Source: Candidatus Methanomethylophilaceae archaeon
GTDB taxonomy: Archaea; Thermoplasmatota; Thermoplasmata; Methanomassiliicoccales; Methanomethylophilaceae
Direction: 5' to 3'
NCBI GenBank assembly: GCA_050944155.1
Contig: JBMNQN010000003.1
Location: 1-64,000 of the forward strand
Length of the DNA: 64,000 nucleotides
Part shown: positions 28,827-38,425 of the stretch, piece after piece
Layout of the letters: every line of letters begins with the position of its first letter
Position numbering within the stretch: the stretch's first letter is position 1
Made by a program: the position numbers and the translations under genes
The notes under the pieces: model-generated
Seen by the model: only the letters and a program-made list of their open reading frames with translations
Database searches by the model: none
Told to the model about the DNA's origin: nothing

Positions 28827-29921
28827 GTGAAAGAACAGATTTTAAAGGACGCCGAAAACGGAGATCCCTATGCGGGGCTCGGAGTGGCGTACATGTATCA
28901 CCACGGAAAAGGGCTGGAACTGGACCGAGACAAGGCTTTGAGGTGGTACAGAATTTCCGCCGAAGAAGGGTGCACCAGGTCCCAGTGGGAGCTTGCCAAA
29001 CTGTACCGGGACGGCGTAATGGTCGAAGCCGATACGGAAAAATACATCTATCACCTGAAAAAAGCGTCCAGAATGGGAAACCCCGAAGCGCAGATGAGTC
29101 TGGCCGGCGAATACTACAAGGGAGAACTGCTTCCGAAGGATGACGAAGAAGCTTTCCGCTGGATGTCTCTGTCGGCCAAACAGGGGGTTCCCACCGCCCA
29201 GTTCAATCTCGGCTACATGTACAAACACGGCATAGGCACCGAAAGGAACCGTACCGAATCGGAGTCCTGTTTTTCCAGCGCCGTAATCGCCGGAAATGCG
29301 GATCTGTTCCTGGATTTCGGCATGAGGTACGAATTCGGACTCAAAGGCATTTCCAGAAACGAAGTCGAAGCCGGAAGATGGTACAAATCCGGCGCCGATA
29401 TGGGGCACGAGGGATGCATTCTCTGCTGGAACAGAGTCATGCAGAGCCTTTCCGGGTCTCCGAAAGACACGTTCGAATCGAGAATGGATATGCTCGCCAG
29501 AACCGCAACGGCCATGGAACGCAACGAAAGAGATACCGCATTCTACCTGGCGAACGATTACTTCGATAAGGACGACCTTTACGAGGCTTTCAAACATTTC
29601 GAGAAGGCTGCAGATCTGGGAAGTCCCGACGCGATGTTTTTCCTGTCCATGATGTACAGGGACGGCCTTTACGCAAAAAGGAATTCGGGAAAATCCCTGA
29701 TACTTCTGGCAAGAGCCGCTGACGCGGGTTCCGCCGACGCACAGTTCATGCTTGCGAGACTGTACGATTCGGGCGGAGGACTGGCCGAAAGCGAAGTCGA
29801 CGCCATAAAATACTACACGATGGCGGCAGCCGGAGGATATCTTGCCGCACTGTACTATCTTGGAAAGTACATGGAACACCCGGAAATCCATGTCAGACGT
29901 TCGGTGGGCAAATACAGGTGA
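28827..29921 (+). CDS. Sel1-like repeat protein
   Basis: Multiple Sel1 repeats; GTG start. Confidence 0.88.
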   Translation: MKEQILKDAENGDPYAGLGVAYMYHHGKGLELDRDKALRWYRISAEEGCTRSQWELAKLYRDGVMVEADTEKYIYHLKKASRMGNPEAQMSLAGEYYKGELLPKDDEEAFRWMSLSAKQGVPTAQFNLGYMYKHGIGTERNRTESESCFSSAVIAGNADLFLDFGMRYEFGLKGISRNEVEAGRWYKSGADMGHEGCILCWNRVMQSLSGSPKDTFESRMDMLARTATAMERNERDTAFYLANDYFDKDDLYEAFKHFEKAADLGSPDAMFFLSMMYRDGLYAKRNSGKSLILLARAADAGSADAQFMLARLYDSGGGLAESEVDAIKYYTMAAAGGYLAALYYLGKYMEHPEIHVRRSVGKYR

Positions 29922-29924
29922 AAA

Positions 29925-30662
29925 ATGGGATTCAAAGAACAGCTTGAAGCCGCAAACGCCGGAGATGCCAACGCCCAGGTAGCCATGGGATACATGTTCT
30001 TCACCGGAGACGGCGTAGTCAGAGACAGAGTCGAGGCGGGGAGATGGTTCGAATTCGCGGCCGAGAATGGCAATGCCGAAGCCATGTGCAACCTGGGTTA
30101 CATGAAGGTGCACGGGGAAGGGGTTCCCTGCGATCCCGAAGGAGGTTTCGATCTTTACAGAAAATCGGCCGAAGCTGGATATGCCAGAGCAATGTTCAAC
30201 CTGGCGGATTTGTATTCCGAAGGATTCGGAACGGAACAGAATTGGGATTCGGCGCGTTACTGGTACAAAAGGGCGGCCGAACAGGGGTCGATTCCCGCAT
30301 GCTACCGTCTCGGAGTCATATACGAAACAGGGAGGGGAACCGAACCCGATTACGGAAAATCCGTCAGAATATATACGAAATGTTTCGACGAAGGCTACTC
30401 GAAAGCGGGATTCAGGCTGGGAATGATGTATTTCGAAGGAAGAGGATTTCCGAAAAATCCGGACAAAGCCGCCGAGATTTTAATAAAAGCGGCTGAAATG
30501 CGGTCTGCAGACGCAATGTGCCAGCTTGGAAAAATGTCCATGTCCGGAGAGGGCATGGCGAAGAGTCTAAGAAACGCCAGGTCCTGGTTTTCCAAAGCTG
30601 CCGCCAGGGGAAACAAAGAGGCGAAAACGATTTTAGAATCCAATACTTTCGACGGCTTATGA
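29925..30662 (+). CDS. Sel1-like repeat protein
   Basis: About 6 Sel1 repeats. Confidence 0.9.
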   Translation: MGFKEQLEAANAGDANAQVAMGYMFFTGDGVVRDRVEAGRWFEFAAENGNAEAMCNLGYMKVHGEGVPCDPEGGFDLYRKSAEAGYARAMFNLADLYSEGFGTEQNWDSARYWYKRAAEQGSIPACYRLGVIYETGRGTEPDYGKSVRIYTKCFDEGYSKAGFRLGMMYFEGRGFPKNPDKAAEILIKAAEMRSADAMCQLGKMSMSGEGMAKSLRNARSWFSKAAARGNKEAKTILESNTFDGL

Positions 30663-31018
30663 GCCATAAGAATACGGGACTCCGTTTTTCTTCCGACGGT
30701 CTCTGGATTGGAATTTCCGACGGAAAAGCAAAGATAGGGATTACCGACGGAGCTCAGGAGGAGATGGGCGAGGTGGTCTACGTCCAGCCTCCTGTGCCGG
30801 GAAGAAAAGTATCCAAAGGGGATGAAATCGGAGCCATAGAGAGTTTCAAGTCGGTTTCTCCGATAATATCTCCCGTATCCGGAACCGTGGTTTCGGTAAA
30901 TTCCCTTCTGGAGGAAAATCCTTCTCTCATGAATTCGGATCCTTACGGCGAAGGGTGGCTTGCCGAAATAGAACTGGATAACGCCGAAGAGCTTTCGGAA
31001 CTTTCGGAAACGGAATGA
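30659..31018 (+). CDS. gcvH: Glycine cleavage H protein / lipoyl carrier
   Basis: IGITD.AQ..MG.VVYV, IESFKSVS.I.SPVSG.V..VN, NSDPYGEGW; ATG 30659 overlaps the Sel1 stop. Confidence 0.88.
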   Translation: MSHKNTGLRFSSDGLWIGISDGKAKIGITDGAQEEMGEVVYVQPPVPGRKVSKGDEIGAIESFKSVSPIISPVSGTVVSVNSLLEENPSLMNSDPYGEGWLAEIELDNAEELSELSETE

Positions 31019-31024
31019 AAAGTT

Positions 31025-31984
31025 TCAGCGTTTACTTCCGCCTATCATCACCAGATAGGCGAGGAGGGCTTCCAGCTGTATCCTTTCGTTGCTGCCTTCG
31101 ACAATGCGGAATTCTATCTCTCCGGTTTTATCCACCAGTCTGACCTTTTCCGCATCGGAGATACTGAGTTCGAAGAACATGGAGTGAATCTGTTTTATTA
31201 TATCCTGTCCGGACAGACCGAATTCTATCATAACAGTGTCCAGCATGTCTCTGGCGCGGACGAAGTTCCCGCTCAATGCGGTTTCAAGCATGGTGCGGAC
31301 CTCTTTGGGATTGGCCATGCCCGTTGTTTTATAAACGGTGTCCAAATCGATTTTTCGTCCGAGCGATGCGGCCACCTGCATGGAGTTGACCGCGCGTCTC
31401 ATGTCTCCGCGTGCTACATGCACAAGACCTTTGAGGGCATCTTCGTCGATGTCCACGTTTTCTTTTTCCGCAATCATTCTGAGGAATTTTTCAACGTCTT
31501 CGGAAGTCAGGGACCTGAATCTGAACACGGCGCATCTGGACTGAATCGGATCGATGATTTTCGACGAATAGTTGCAGGACAGGATGAAACGGCAGATTTT
31601 CGAATACCTTTCCATGGTTCTTCTGAGTGCGGCCTGCGCATCGTTCGTCAGTGCGTCGGCTTCGTCCAGAAATATTATTTTGAAATCGGCACCCCCGAGA
31701 GGCGCGGTTCTGGCAAACTCCTTTATTTTTCCTCTGACAACGTCGATTCCTCTTTCGTCGGAAGCGTTCAGTTCGAGGAAGTTGCCCTTCCATCCTTCTC
31801 CGTACATCTCCTTGGCGAGAGCCAGGGCGCACGTGGTCTTCCCCGTCCCTGCGGGACCGGTGAAAAGAAGATGAGGCATGTTTCCGGACTTAACGTAGGA
31901 AGAAAGTCTTTCGGTAATGCTGTCCTGGCCTACGACTTCGCTCAGATTCTTGGGTCTGTATCTTTCCGTCCAGATTTCGCTCAT
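31025..31984 (-). CDS. rfcS: Replication factor C small subunit
   Basis: WTERYRP, GPAGTGKT, ELNASDERGID, LDEAD, IQSRC. Confidence 0.96.
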   Translation of the reverse strand: MSEIWTERYRPKNLSEVVGQDSITERLSSYVKSGNMPHLLFTGPAGTGKTTCALALAKEMYGEGWKGNFLELNASDERGIDVVRGKIKEFARTAPLGGADFKIIFLDEADALTNDAQAALRRTMERYSKICRFILSCNYSSKIIDPIQSRCAVFRFRSLTSEDVEKFLRMIAEKENVDIDEDALKGLVHVARGDMRRAVNSMQVAASLGRKIDLDTVYKTTGMANPKEVRTMLETALSGNFVRARDMLDTVMIEFGLSGQDIIKQIHSMFFELSISDAEKVRLVDKTGEIEFRIVEGSNERIQLEALLAYLVMIGGSKR

Positions 31985-32151
31985 CTTATCGCACGGTCTA
32001 TCGTTTCAACCTATGATAAGTTTATCCCGCACGGAATACGCGACTATACGCACACGAATGTACTCCCTGCCTTCCCCGTATTTCTTTTTGTACACCCGAT
32101 TGCGGAAAAAATCCAGAATAGATTATACGTTGGTTTGCCGTTCGGCCCCTT

Positions 32152-33114
32152 ATGAAAATATACGAGGCATACAGACTGGCAATCGAAACAGGTATGAAAA
32201 ACGACCCCCGCCCGCAGGAGGAAGTCGAGGCAGTCCTTGCCGAAGAGAAGGAAAATTACGAAAAACTTTCAGACGAGAAAAAAGTATTTTTCGACAAGGA
32301 AAGACTGTGGAACCCTTACACGGATTCCAGATTTTCCGCTCTCATCGAAGAGTCCAAGGAACTGGAGGCCGAGAGGTTCATGTGGGGCATCGACATCGGA
32401 ACGGGCGAGATGCTTCTTGCCGACCGTCTGAGGGAAAAAGGACAGAACATTTCTGCCGTTGTGGCACATCATCCAACAGGCAGATCCAAAGTTCCGTTTC
32501 CCGAAGTTATGCGCATGCAGACCGAGATGTACTACGGAGACGGAGTTCCCATAAACGTGGCGGAAGCGCTTATGAGGCCGAGAGAGGAAGAAGTCATCAG
32601 GAACGTCATGGGCGCCAACTTCAACCAATCCTCTGACGCGGCCGAACTGCTGGGTATTCCCATGTTCAACGTTCATTCTCCGGCGGACAACATGGTTCAG
32701 AAATACATGGACGATATGCTGAAAGAACTCGAACCCAAATACCTGGGAGACATCATCGACCGTCTGCTTCAGGAGCCGGAAATGATTCAGGCGGCGAAGT
32801 ACAACAACCCGCCTACGATAATCGTGGGAAACAGGAAGAGCAGGTGCGGAAAAGCCATAGCCAAAATGACCGGAGGAACTTCCGGCCCCAAGGAAATCTA
32901 CGAGAAATTCTCCCAGGCAGGAATCGGTACCGTGGTAGGGATGCATTTCCCCGAATCCCACGTGGAAGAGGCCAAAAAAGCGGGAATCAATCTTATCGTT
33001 TCGGGACATATGGCGTCCGACTCAATGGGAATCAACCTGATCTGTGACGTATGGGAGAAGAAAGGGATCGAAGTATTCGGATGCTCCGGATTCATCCGCT
33101 GCAGCAGGAACTGA
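32152..33114 (+). CDS. NIF3-like (NGG1p-interacting factor) dinuclear metal protein
   Basis: NPY.DSR, GID, AHHP.G, H.PADN, MTGGT.G, GH..SDS.G.N. Confidence 0.72.
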   Translation: MKIYEAYRLAIETGMKNDPRPQEEVEAVLAEEKENYEKLSDEKKVFFDKERLWNPYTDSRFSALIEESKELEAERFMWGIDIGTGEMLLADRLREKGQNISAVVAHHPTGRSKVPFPEVMRMQTEMYYGDGVPINVAEALMRPREEEVIRNVMGANFNQSSDAAELLGIPMFNVHSPADNMVQKYMDDMLKELEPKYLGDIIDRLLQEPEMIQAAKYNNPPTIIVGNRKSRCGKAIAKMTGGTSGPKEIYEKFSQAGIGTVVGMHFPESHVEEAKKAGINLIVSGHMASDSMGINLICDVWEKKGIEVFGCSGFIRCSRN

Positions 33115-33115
33115 C

Positions 33116-34300
33116 ATGTTCGAGAGAGCCTCCGCCGTTATCCGGAACCCGGAGAAGCTTTCTTTCGGTTACGTACCGGAGAAACTGGTTCACAGAGAAG
33201 AACAGATGAGTCTTCTGGAAAGGTATTTCCGTCCTCTGGCGGAGAGCGGAAAACCCTGTTACGCGTTTCTTACGGGAAGCGTGGGGACAGGTAAAACCGC
33301 AACGGCAACCAGATTCTGCGAGAATATGAGCGCGCACTGTGCCAGATCCGGAAAACCCGTAAACTATGTGATAGTCAACTGCCGGAACAGGAACACCGAA
33401 TCCGGCATTCTTCTCGAACTGGTGAGATATTTTGACAAAGGTTTCCCCGACAGGGGATTCTCTCCCGACGAGATGCTCCGGAACCTGGGAAGGCACATTC
33501 AGAATTCTTCTTCTCTCGTGGTGGTTCTCGACGAGGCGGACATGCTTCTCAGAAAGAACGGAATAAACCTGATTTACCAGCTCACCCGTTTCCCTGAAAC
33601 TCCCAACGGGCGCGGGGTTTCTCTGATTCTGATATCCCAGTATCCCATTTACGGTATGATGGACGAAGCTTCGGTTTCCACGTTCGGAAGGGGAAACAGC
33701 ATCACATTCAACAAATACACCAGAGGAGAACTCCGTTCCATCGCCGCCGCAAGAGCGGAAGAGGCTCTTATTCCCGGAAGATACACCGAGGAGGCTCTGG
33801 AACTCATTGCCGACGTTTCTTCCGAATACGGCGATGCGAGAATGGCAATAGAAATTCTCGGGACGGCGGCTGCCATCGCCGAGGAGCGTCCCGAAGGTTA
33901 CGTTACCACGGAAGACGTGAGGGAAGCCAAAGCTAACATCAACAGCGTGGTCACCGAAAGCAAGATTTCGGATTTGGACATAAACAGGAAGCTGGCACTT
34001 CTCGCGGTCGCCCGTGCTATGAAGAGCAATCTGTATATCAGCACCGGAACCGCGTACAAAACATACGGAGTCGTGTGCGAAGAATTCAACCATGTGGCAA
34101 GAAAACAGACGCAGTTCTGGACTTACATACAGGACCTCGACCGTCAGAATCTTCTGCAGACCGTCGTACGCAACGACAAAGACGGGGGAAGAACAACCCA
34201 CATCTCCCTTCCGGACATTCCTTCCAGGGTTCTGAAAAACAAATTGGAAGAAATGTTGGAATCTTACGAACCGTCGTCCACCGACTATGCGGGATATTGA
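33116..34300 (+). CDS. cdc6: Orc1/Cdc6 replication initiator
   Basis: YVPEKLVHREEQ, G.VGTGKT, VNC, VLDEAD, GDAR.AI, winged-helix C-terminus. Confidence 0.9.
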   Translation: MFERASAVIRNPEKLSFGYVPEKLVHREEQMSLLERYFRPLAESGKPCYAFLTGSVGTGKTATATRFCENMSAHCARSGKPVNYVIVNCRNRNTESGILLELVRYFDKGFPDRGFSPDEMLRNLGRHIQNSSSLVVVLDEADMLLRKNGINLIYQLTRFPETPNGRGVSLILISQYPIYGMMDEASVSTFGRGNSITFNKYTRGELRSIAAARAEEALIPGRYTEEALELIADVSSEYGDARMAIEILGTAAAIAEERPEGYVTTEDVREAKANINSVVTESKISDLDINRKLALLAVARAMKSNLYISTGTAYKTYGVVCEEFNHVARKQTQFWTYIQDLDRQNLLQTVVRNDKDGGRTTHISLPDIPSRVLKNKLEEMLESYEPSSTDYAGY

Positions 34301-34304
34301 TATC

Positions 34305-35225
34305 ATGAAATGCGATCTGTGCGGTTCCGAAGCCGTTGCGTTCATACGTTACAACGGGTCGCATCTCTGTTCGGAGCATTTCGTAAAGTACGTCGAAAAA
34401 CGGGTAAAAAGGGAGATAAGAAAACAGATAAACGTCCGTTCCGGAGACACGATCGGGGTTGCCGTTTCCGGAGGCAAGGACAGCATGGTAACCCTGGAAC
34501 TCATAAGAAAAACCTTCGGCATGCGTCCCGACGTAAAAATACACGCGATTACGATAGACGAGGGAATAGCGGGATACCGTCCTTCCAGCGTGGAAATCGT
34601 TAAAAAATACTGTTCAGAAAAGGAAATACCGCTGAGCATACGCAGTTTTTCCGAACTGGGACTTACGATGGACGAAATAGCGCCCGTTTCCGGAGAAAAC
34701 AGTCCGTGCACGTACTGCGGCGTATTCCGCCGCAGACTGATAAACGACGAATCTCGCAGGGTCGGAGCGAGATTCCTGGCCACCGGCCATAATCTCGACG
34801 ACATGGCTCAGTCCGTCATGATGAATTTCGTGCGTGGCGACGTGGAACGGCTGGCAAGACTCGGTCCTCACAAAAGGGTGCTTCCGGGAATGATACCCAG
34901 ATTCCATCCCCTGAGGACGGTTACCGAAGAAGAATCCCTTCTTTACGCCATTGTTTCCGGTATCCCATTCTGGGACGGAGAGTGTCCCTACTGGAGAGAG
35001 GCTCTCAGAAATCAGTACCGCGACGTCATCGACGAACTGGAATTCCGCACTCCCGGGATAAAATTCAGCATAATCTCGTCTTACGACGAAATAAAGCCCC
35101 TGCTTTACGATAAATATCCGCCTGTGGAGATGAACGTCTGCGAATGCGGAGAACCTTCCGTCGGAACCAGGTGCAAAGCGTGCGAGTACGGCGAAATTCT
35201 GAAAGAACGTATCAGAAATCTCTGA
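34305..35225 (+). CDS. tRNA 2-thiouridine synthase-like PP-loop ATPase (TtuA/NcsA family)
   Basis: CxxC..C..HF, AVSGGKDS, IDEGI.GYR, CTYCGVFRR, ATGHNLDD, C-terminal Zn motif. Confidence 0.88.
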   Translation: MKCDLCGSEAVAFIRYNGSHLCSEHFVKYVEKRVKREIRKQINVRSGDTIGVAVSGGKDSMVTLELIRKTFGMRPDVKIHAITIDEGIAGYRPSSVEIVKKYCSEKEIPLSIRSFSELGLTMDEIAPVSGENSPCTYCGVFRRRLINDESRRVGARFLATGHNLDDMAQSVMMNFVRGDVERLARLGPHKRVLPGMIPRFHPLRTVTEEESLLYAIVSGIPFWDGECPYWREALRNQYRDVIDELEFRTPGIKFSIISSYDEIKPLLYDKYPPVEMNVCECGEPSVGTRCKACEYGEILKERIRNL

Positions 35226-36246
35226 ACGGAACGATATCGCAGCAACGGCATTCGCAACACATGGTCCTGCATCCGACCGTGGTCAGTCCGTATTTTTCCA
35301 TGATTTTTTTCTGTTCGGAAGCAATGCGGAGAGAACGTTTCGCATCGTTGGGAACGATACGGCCCAGTGCCCTTTCCAGATTTTTCCTGTTGGCTTCTCC
35401 GGTTCTGAGTGCTCTCATTACAGGAATGATTCCGGCGGAACAGAGTTTTTCCGCAATCCCGTACAGTTCTTCGTCGGTTTCTCCCATTCCGAATATGACG
35501 TTGGAGTAAACCTTTCCTTTTCCGAATACCGAAACGCAGGTCTTCAGATTTTCAAAAATCAGATCGTAATCCAGGCCGGGACAGACTTTCGAGAAGATGT
35601 CCCTGTCGGGAGTTTCAAGATTCAGTTTTATCTCTTCGGCCCCGGCTTCGTAAAGTGCCAGTATATCGTTTTCATCCGAAACGTAAGGTTCGACTCCCAC
35701 GGGCATATCAGGAAAAGCTTTCTTCACGGCTTTGACGCAGGATGCCATTTTTTCCACGGTATCCCTGACGTCGGAGGCAACTCCGTTGGTCAGGGAAACG
35801 GCTTTAACGGTAAGTCCGCCGTCCATTGCTTTTCGGATCATTTCGACTATTTTTTCTTCCGTAAGATTCTTTGTCAGATTCTTTTCCAGTCCGGGCGAAG
35901 AGCAGAAAGCACACCCGAATATGCACCGCTGGTCGAGATTGAAAAATGCCTGCTCGGGACAGTGGTAAACCACCGGTTCGAAGGAAACGTTTTCAAGAAA
36001 CGGGAGCCCTCCGCGGGTCATCGACAGTTTTCCGTTTTCTTCCCTTAGTTCGAATTCTCCCTCTTCCCGGGAAATCGTTTTTTTGACGCGGAGACCGCCG
36101 AAAGAAAAAACCGCAGAAGACAGTCCCGCACCGGGTCCGGCCGTGGAGCGGGATATTCTGTAAGGTATCCGGAATCCGTCGGGAATCTTCACCGCTCCGC
36201 CGAGTGCCAGTTCCGCCTTTCTGCGCAGAATCAGATTCTCTTCCAT
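35212..36246 (-). CDS. Radical SAM protein (biotin-synthase-related, function unknown)
   Basis: CIFGCAFC motif, FGMGET, C-terminal CCECRCCD. Confidence 0.8.
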   Translation of the reverse strand: MEENLILRRKAELALGGAVKIPDGFRIPYRISRSTAGPGAGLSSAVFSFGGLRVKKTISREEGEFELREENGKLSMTRGGLPFLENVSFEPVVYHCPEQAFFNLDQRCIFGCAFCSSPGLEKNLTKNLTEEKIVEMIRKAMDGGLTVKAVSLTNGVASDVRDTVEKMASCVKAVKKAFPDMPVGVEPYVSDENDILALYEAGAEEIKLNLETPDRDIFSKVCPGLDYDLIFENLKTCVSVFGKGKVYSNVIFGMGETDEELYGIAEKLCSAGIIPVMRALRTGEANRKNLERALGRIVPNDAKRSLRIASEQKKIMEKYGLTTVGCRTMCCECRCCDIVPFRDF

Positions 36247-37628
36247 TTCGCGCCGTCACCGGAATCCTCCAAGCGGATTCCCACATCTTTAAGCCTGTCG
36301 CGGATCATGTCGGAAAGGTCGTACGCTTTGCGTTTTCTCAGCTCCGCGCGGAGGTCGATCAGAATGTCCATAATCGGACCGATGTCTCCTTCCGATTCCT
36401 CTTCTCCGAAAATACCCAGTATTTCGTTGAAGCCGTCCAGTACTTCCAAGGCGGCTTTTGCGCCGTCGCTTCCCAGAGTGCCCTCCGCCATAGCCTTGTT
36501 GGTAAATCTGGCCAGACGGAATATTTCCTCGATTGCCGCTCTGGTGTTGAAATCGTCGTTCATCGCATCGGCGAATCCTTTTTTGCATTCGGCAAGAACG
36601 GATGCATAGTCCGTACTGCTTTCGGAAGGTTTTTCCGCATACGATTTCAGCTCGGCGTAGTTGTTGGCAAGTCTTTCCAGCGAAACCCGGGCTTCTTCCA
36701 TGGTCTCTTCGCTGTAAAGCAGCGGACTGGAATAGTGTGTGTTCAGGAAATAGAATCTAATGACCCGGCCGCTGTATTTTTCGGCCACGTCCCTTACTCT
36801 GAAGAAGTTGCCAAGAGACTTGGACATCTTTTCTCCGCTGACCTGAAGCATCCCGTTATGCATCCAATATTTCGAAAGCATTTTTCCGGTGACCGCTTCG
36901 GTCTGAAGGATTTCGTCCTCGTGATGGGGGAAAACAAGATCGTTGCCTCCTCCGTGTATGTCTATTTCGTCTCCCAGATATCTCCGTATCATGGCGGAAC
37001 ATTCGATGTGCCAGCCGGGACGGCCTTTGCCCCAGGGAGAATCCCAGGAAATCTCTCCGGGTTTGGCTGCTTTCCAGAGAGCGAAGTCCATCGGATTCTT
37101 CTTTTGTCCGTCGTGGACTATCCTGCCGGACGATTCCATGTCTTCGAGTCTGCGTTTGGTGAGTTTTCCGTAATCTTTCACCTTCTCCACGGAGAAATAA
37201 ACGCTTCCGTCTTCGGTGGCGTATCCGAAACCGTTGGAGATTATTTCCGAAATCATTTCGATTATGGAAGGCATCTCTTCGCTTGCTTTGGGATATATGT
37301 CGGCTTTCTTTACGCCCAGTTTTTTAACGTCTTCGAAGTACCGTTCTATGTATTCGGCGGAAAGTGCCAGAGGTTCCTTTCCCTCTTCGTTGGCACGGTT
37401 GATTATTTTGTCGTCCACGTCGGTGAAATTGGTTACGTGGGTCACCTGGTACCCCAGGCTTCTGAGGTACCTTACGAAAGAATCGAACACTATGATGCTG
37501 CGGGCGTGGCCCATGTGTATGTCGTCGTAAACCGTTACGCCGCAGACGTAGATCTTTACCTTTCCGTCTTCGAGAGGTCTGAATTCTTCTTTTTCCCCCG
37601 AAAGAGTGTTGCGGATTCTGAGAGACAT
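36231..37628 (-). CDS. cysS: Cysteinyl-tRNA synthetase
   Basis: YVCGVTVYD..HMGH, DFALWK, GRPGWHIECS, HGGG.DL.FPHH, KMSKS. Confidence 0.97.
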   Translation of the reverse strand: MSLRIRNTLSGEKEEFRPLEDGKVKIYVCGVTVYDDIHMGHARSIIVFDSFVRYLRSLGYQVTHVTNFTDVDDKIINRANEEGKEPLALSAEYIERYFEDVKKLGVKKADIYPKASEEMPSIIEMISEIISNGFGYATEDGSVYFSVEKVKDYGKLTKRRLEDMESSGRIVHDGQKKNPMDFALWKAAKPGEISWDSPWGKGRPGWHIECSAMIRRYLGDEIDIHGGGNDLVFPHHEDEILQTEAVTGKMLSKYWMHNGMLQVSGEKMSKSLGNFFRVRDVAEKYSGRVIRFYFLNTHYSSPLLYSEETMEEARVSLERLANNYAELKSYAEKPSESSTDYASVLAECKKGFADAMNDDFNTRAAIEEIFRLARFTNKAMAEGTLGSDGAKAALEVLDGFNEILGIFGEEESEGDIGPIMDILIDLRAELRKRKAYDLSDMIRDRLKDVGIRLEDSGDGAKWKRI

Positions 37629-37672
37629 TGTTTCGGAACCCTATCAACCAGGTTATAAATAAATCGGTTTGT

Positions 37673-38320
37673 TTATTTTTTGACGAGTTCTTTCAGTTCC
37701 TCGATTTCTTTCCTGAGGGACACGATTTCTTTTTCCAGATTGTTGAACCGGTCTTTCACGGGGTCTGGAAGTTCGTTGTGTCTTAGTTCGTCTTCGCTGC
37801 CGAAGACTCCCGCCTTTTTGATTATTTTTCCCGGAATTCCCACAACGGTACATCCGTCGGGAACATCTTTCAGAACCACGGAACCTGCGCCTATGCGGAC
37901 TCTGTCCCCGATTTTTATGTCTCCCAGGACCGTGGCGTTCGCTCCCACGACAACCCTGTTGCCGAGGGTGGGATGTCTTTTCCCTTTGGAGCCGGAAACT
38001 CCTCCCAGCGTTACGCCCTGGTACAGGACGACGTCGTCTCCTATGACCGCGGTTTCCCCGATGACCACGCCCGTTGCGTGATCGATGAAGAATCTTCTGC
38101 CTATTTCGGCTCCCGGGTGGATGTCGCATCCCGTAAGCTTATGGGCTTCGTAATTGATTTTGCGGGCTTCTTTGTATTTGCCCTGAAGCCACAGTTCGTG
38201 GCTTTCGCGGTACATGGATACCGCGTGGAGTCCCGTGTGGAACCTGACGGCATCGTCTTCGTCTATGAGAGCGGGGTCCAATTCCATTGCTGCCGCAAGG
38301 TCTTCGGGGTCGATTTTCAT
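37673..38320 (-). CDS. cysE: Serine O-acetyltransferase
   Basis: TG.DIHPGA.IG..FFIDH.TGVVIGET, YQGVTLGG, KRHPTLG. Confidence 0.93.
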   Translation of the reverse strand: MKIDPEDLAAAMELDPALIDEDDAVRFHTGLHAVSMYRESHELWLQGKYKEARKINYEAHKLTGCDIHPGAEIGRRFFIDHATGVVIGETAVIGDDVVLYQGVTLGGVSGSKGKRHPTLGNRVVVGANATVLGDIKIGDRVRIGAGSVVLKDVPDGCTVVGIPGKIIKKAGVFGSEDELRHNELPDPVKDRFNNLEKEIVSLRKEIEELKELVKK

Positions 38321-38425
38321 AATTCTTGATTCTCCTAAGTCTTAATTAACGTTACCAGACGGATTCGGGTCCGAGTATGCCCGATACGCTCTCCAGGTCG
38401 TTTCCGGAAATCCGAAAGACCGGAA

